NCBI RefSeq assembly: GCF_000017305.1
Contig: NC_009664.2
Coordinates: 3,330,001-3,362,000, forward strand
Direction: 5' to 3'
Source of the DNA: Kineococcus radiotolerans SRS30216 = ATCC BAA-149
GTDB taxonomy: Bacteria; Actinomycetota; Actinomycetes; Actinomycetales; Kineococcaceae
Length of the DNA stretch: 32,000 nucleotides
How positions within the stretch are numbered: position 1 is the first letter of the stretch; each line of letters starts with the position of its first letter. Below are positions 31,192-32,000 of this stretch, piece by piece. Under the pieces are notes generated by a model that saw only the letters and a program-made list of their open reading frames with translations, was not told the origin of the DNA and searched no databases. The position numbers and the translations under genes were made by a program.

Positions 31192-32000
31192 GTGCTGACC
31201 CGACCCCTCCTGCTCGTCATGGCCCTCGCCACCGGACTCACCGTGGGCGGGAACTACGTCAACCAGCCGCTGCTGCACACCATCGCCGGCGACCTCGGCG
31301 TCCCCGACGGCCGGGCGGCGGCCCTGGTGACGGTCGCGCAGGTCGCCTACGGGCTGGGGCTGCTGCTGGTCGTCCCCCTCGGGGACCTGCTCGAGCGCCG
31401 GCGGCTGCTCACCGTGCTGGCCCTGCTCGCGGCCGCGGGGCACGCCGTCTGCGCGCTCGCCCCGAACTACGCGGTGCTGGTCGTGGGCACCGCCGTCGCG
31501 GGGGTGTTCTCCGTGGCCGCCCAGGTCCTCGTCCCGTTCGCGGCGGAGCTGGCCGAGCCGGGCCGGGAGGGCCGGGCCGTCGGCACGGTGATGAGCGGCC
31601 TGCTCATCGGCGCCCTGCTGGCGCGCAGCGTCTCCGGGGCGCTGGCCGAGGTCGCCGGCTGGCACGCGCCCTACGCCGTCGTCGCCGCCGGCCTGGTGCT
31701 CATCGCCCTCGTGCTGCGGTGGCGGCTGCCGCGCAGCGTGCCCTGCTCCGTCGGCGGCTACCGCGCGACGCTGCGCTCAGGAGCCCGGCTGGTGGGGGAG
31801 CTGCCGCGGCTGCGCACCCGGGCCCTGCTCGGGGGGCTGGGGTTCGCGGGCGTCTCGGTGCTGTTCGCCACCACGACCTTCCTGCTCGCCGGGCCCCGGT
31901 TCGGGATGTCGGAGCTGCAGATCGGCCTCGTCGGGCTGGCCGGGGTGGCCGGGGCCGCGATGGCCTCCGCCGCGGGCCGGATGGCCGACGCCGGGCGGGG
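31192..32000 (+). CDS. MFS transporter, 3'-truncated by the window edge
   Basis: Open frame from GTG 31192 to the window end; it is absent from the ORF track because no stop is reached. VLTRPLLLVMALATGLTVGGNYVNQPLL...VPLGDLLERRRLL...GTVMSGLLIGALLAR gives the typical MFS TM1-6 and loop motif. Divergent from LysR. Confidence 0.8.
   Translation, partial: MLTRPLLLVMALATGLTVGGNYVNQPLLHTIAGDLGVPDGRAAALVTVAQVAYGLGLLLVVPLGDLLERRRLLTVLALLAAAGHAVCALAPNYAVLVVGTAVAGVFSVAAQVLVPFAAELAEPGREGRAVGTVMSGLLIGALLARSVSGALAEVAGWHAPYAVVAAGLVLIALVLRWRLPRSVPCSVGGYRATLRSGARLVGELPRLRTRALLGGLGFAGVSVLFATTTFLLAGPRFGMSELQIGLVGLAGVAGAAMASAAGRMADAGR

Noticed and set aside
30013-31665. 550-aa minus-strand ORF covering the LysR gene and the MFS gene region.
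   Set aside because: It is out of frame with the clear LysR CDS and antisense to the MFS CDS, and its composition is Arg/Pro/Gly-rich.
1-32000. Search for tRNA/rRNA genes, CRISPR arrays, IS elements or terminal inverted repeats, integrases, toxin-antitoxin pairs and known defence-system signatures.
   Set aside because: None were seen. The gene content is conserved housekeeping or regulatory, base composition is uniform apart from short promoter-sized dips, and the only sizeable repeat is the intragenic duplication at 27649-27924.

Overview
High-GC (about 74%) actinobacterial chromosomal core region. It is densely packed with about 31 protein-coding genes on both strands. I found no rRNA, tRNA, CRISPR array, IS element or prophage signature. 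Confidently recognised genes are cspA, an AlaA-type aminotransferase, pdxH, serC and sodA. Also clear are an MthK-like K+ channel, two c-di-GMP turnover proteins (GAF-GGDEF and PAS-GGDEF-EAL), four regulators (MocR/GntR, LacI, MarR, LysR), and several transporters (EamA, YeiH, two MFS). Smaller families are DinB, DUF218, DUF1810, DUF1540, HAD, SDR, an SGNH hydrolase, a TIM-barrel sugar-phosphate isomerase and a SAM methyltransferase. The most interesting locus is a minus-strand operon at 23886-28374 whose genes overlap by 4 nt at each junction. It encodes a cold-shock-domain protein with a C-terminal extension, a DUF3027-like protein, and a 1035-aa protein with an N-terminal sacsin/Hsp90-type GHKL ATPase fold. 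The DUF3027-like protein carries a 132/144-bp tandem duplication encoding basic KRARRPRKP motifs plus a Cys/His cluster. The large ATPase gene has no canonical start codon and appears to begin at a CTG inside a CTGA stop/start overlap. I know of no assigned function for this module. Two genes are frame-disrupted by one extra G in G homopolymers: the EamA transporter at G7 (5938-5944) and the SDR N-terminus at G6 (23494-23499). Either assembly errors or real lesions could explain this. Other observations are a MocR-EamA-DUF218-pdxH cluster suggestive of vitamin B6 salvage control, LacI-, MarR- and LysR-type operator-like dyads, and a structured repeat-bearing leader upstream of a duplicated 8-Cys DUF1540 gene. 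All family assignments come from motif recognition by eye and need HMM or BLAST confirmation. Many start codons are inferred from GC3 and Shine-Dalgarno (SD) context and are uncertain by tens of nucleotides.
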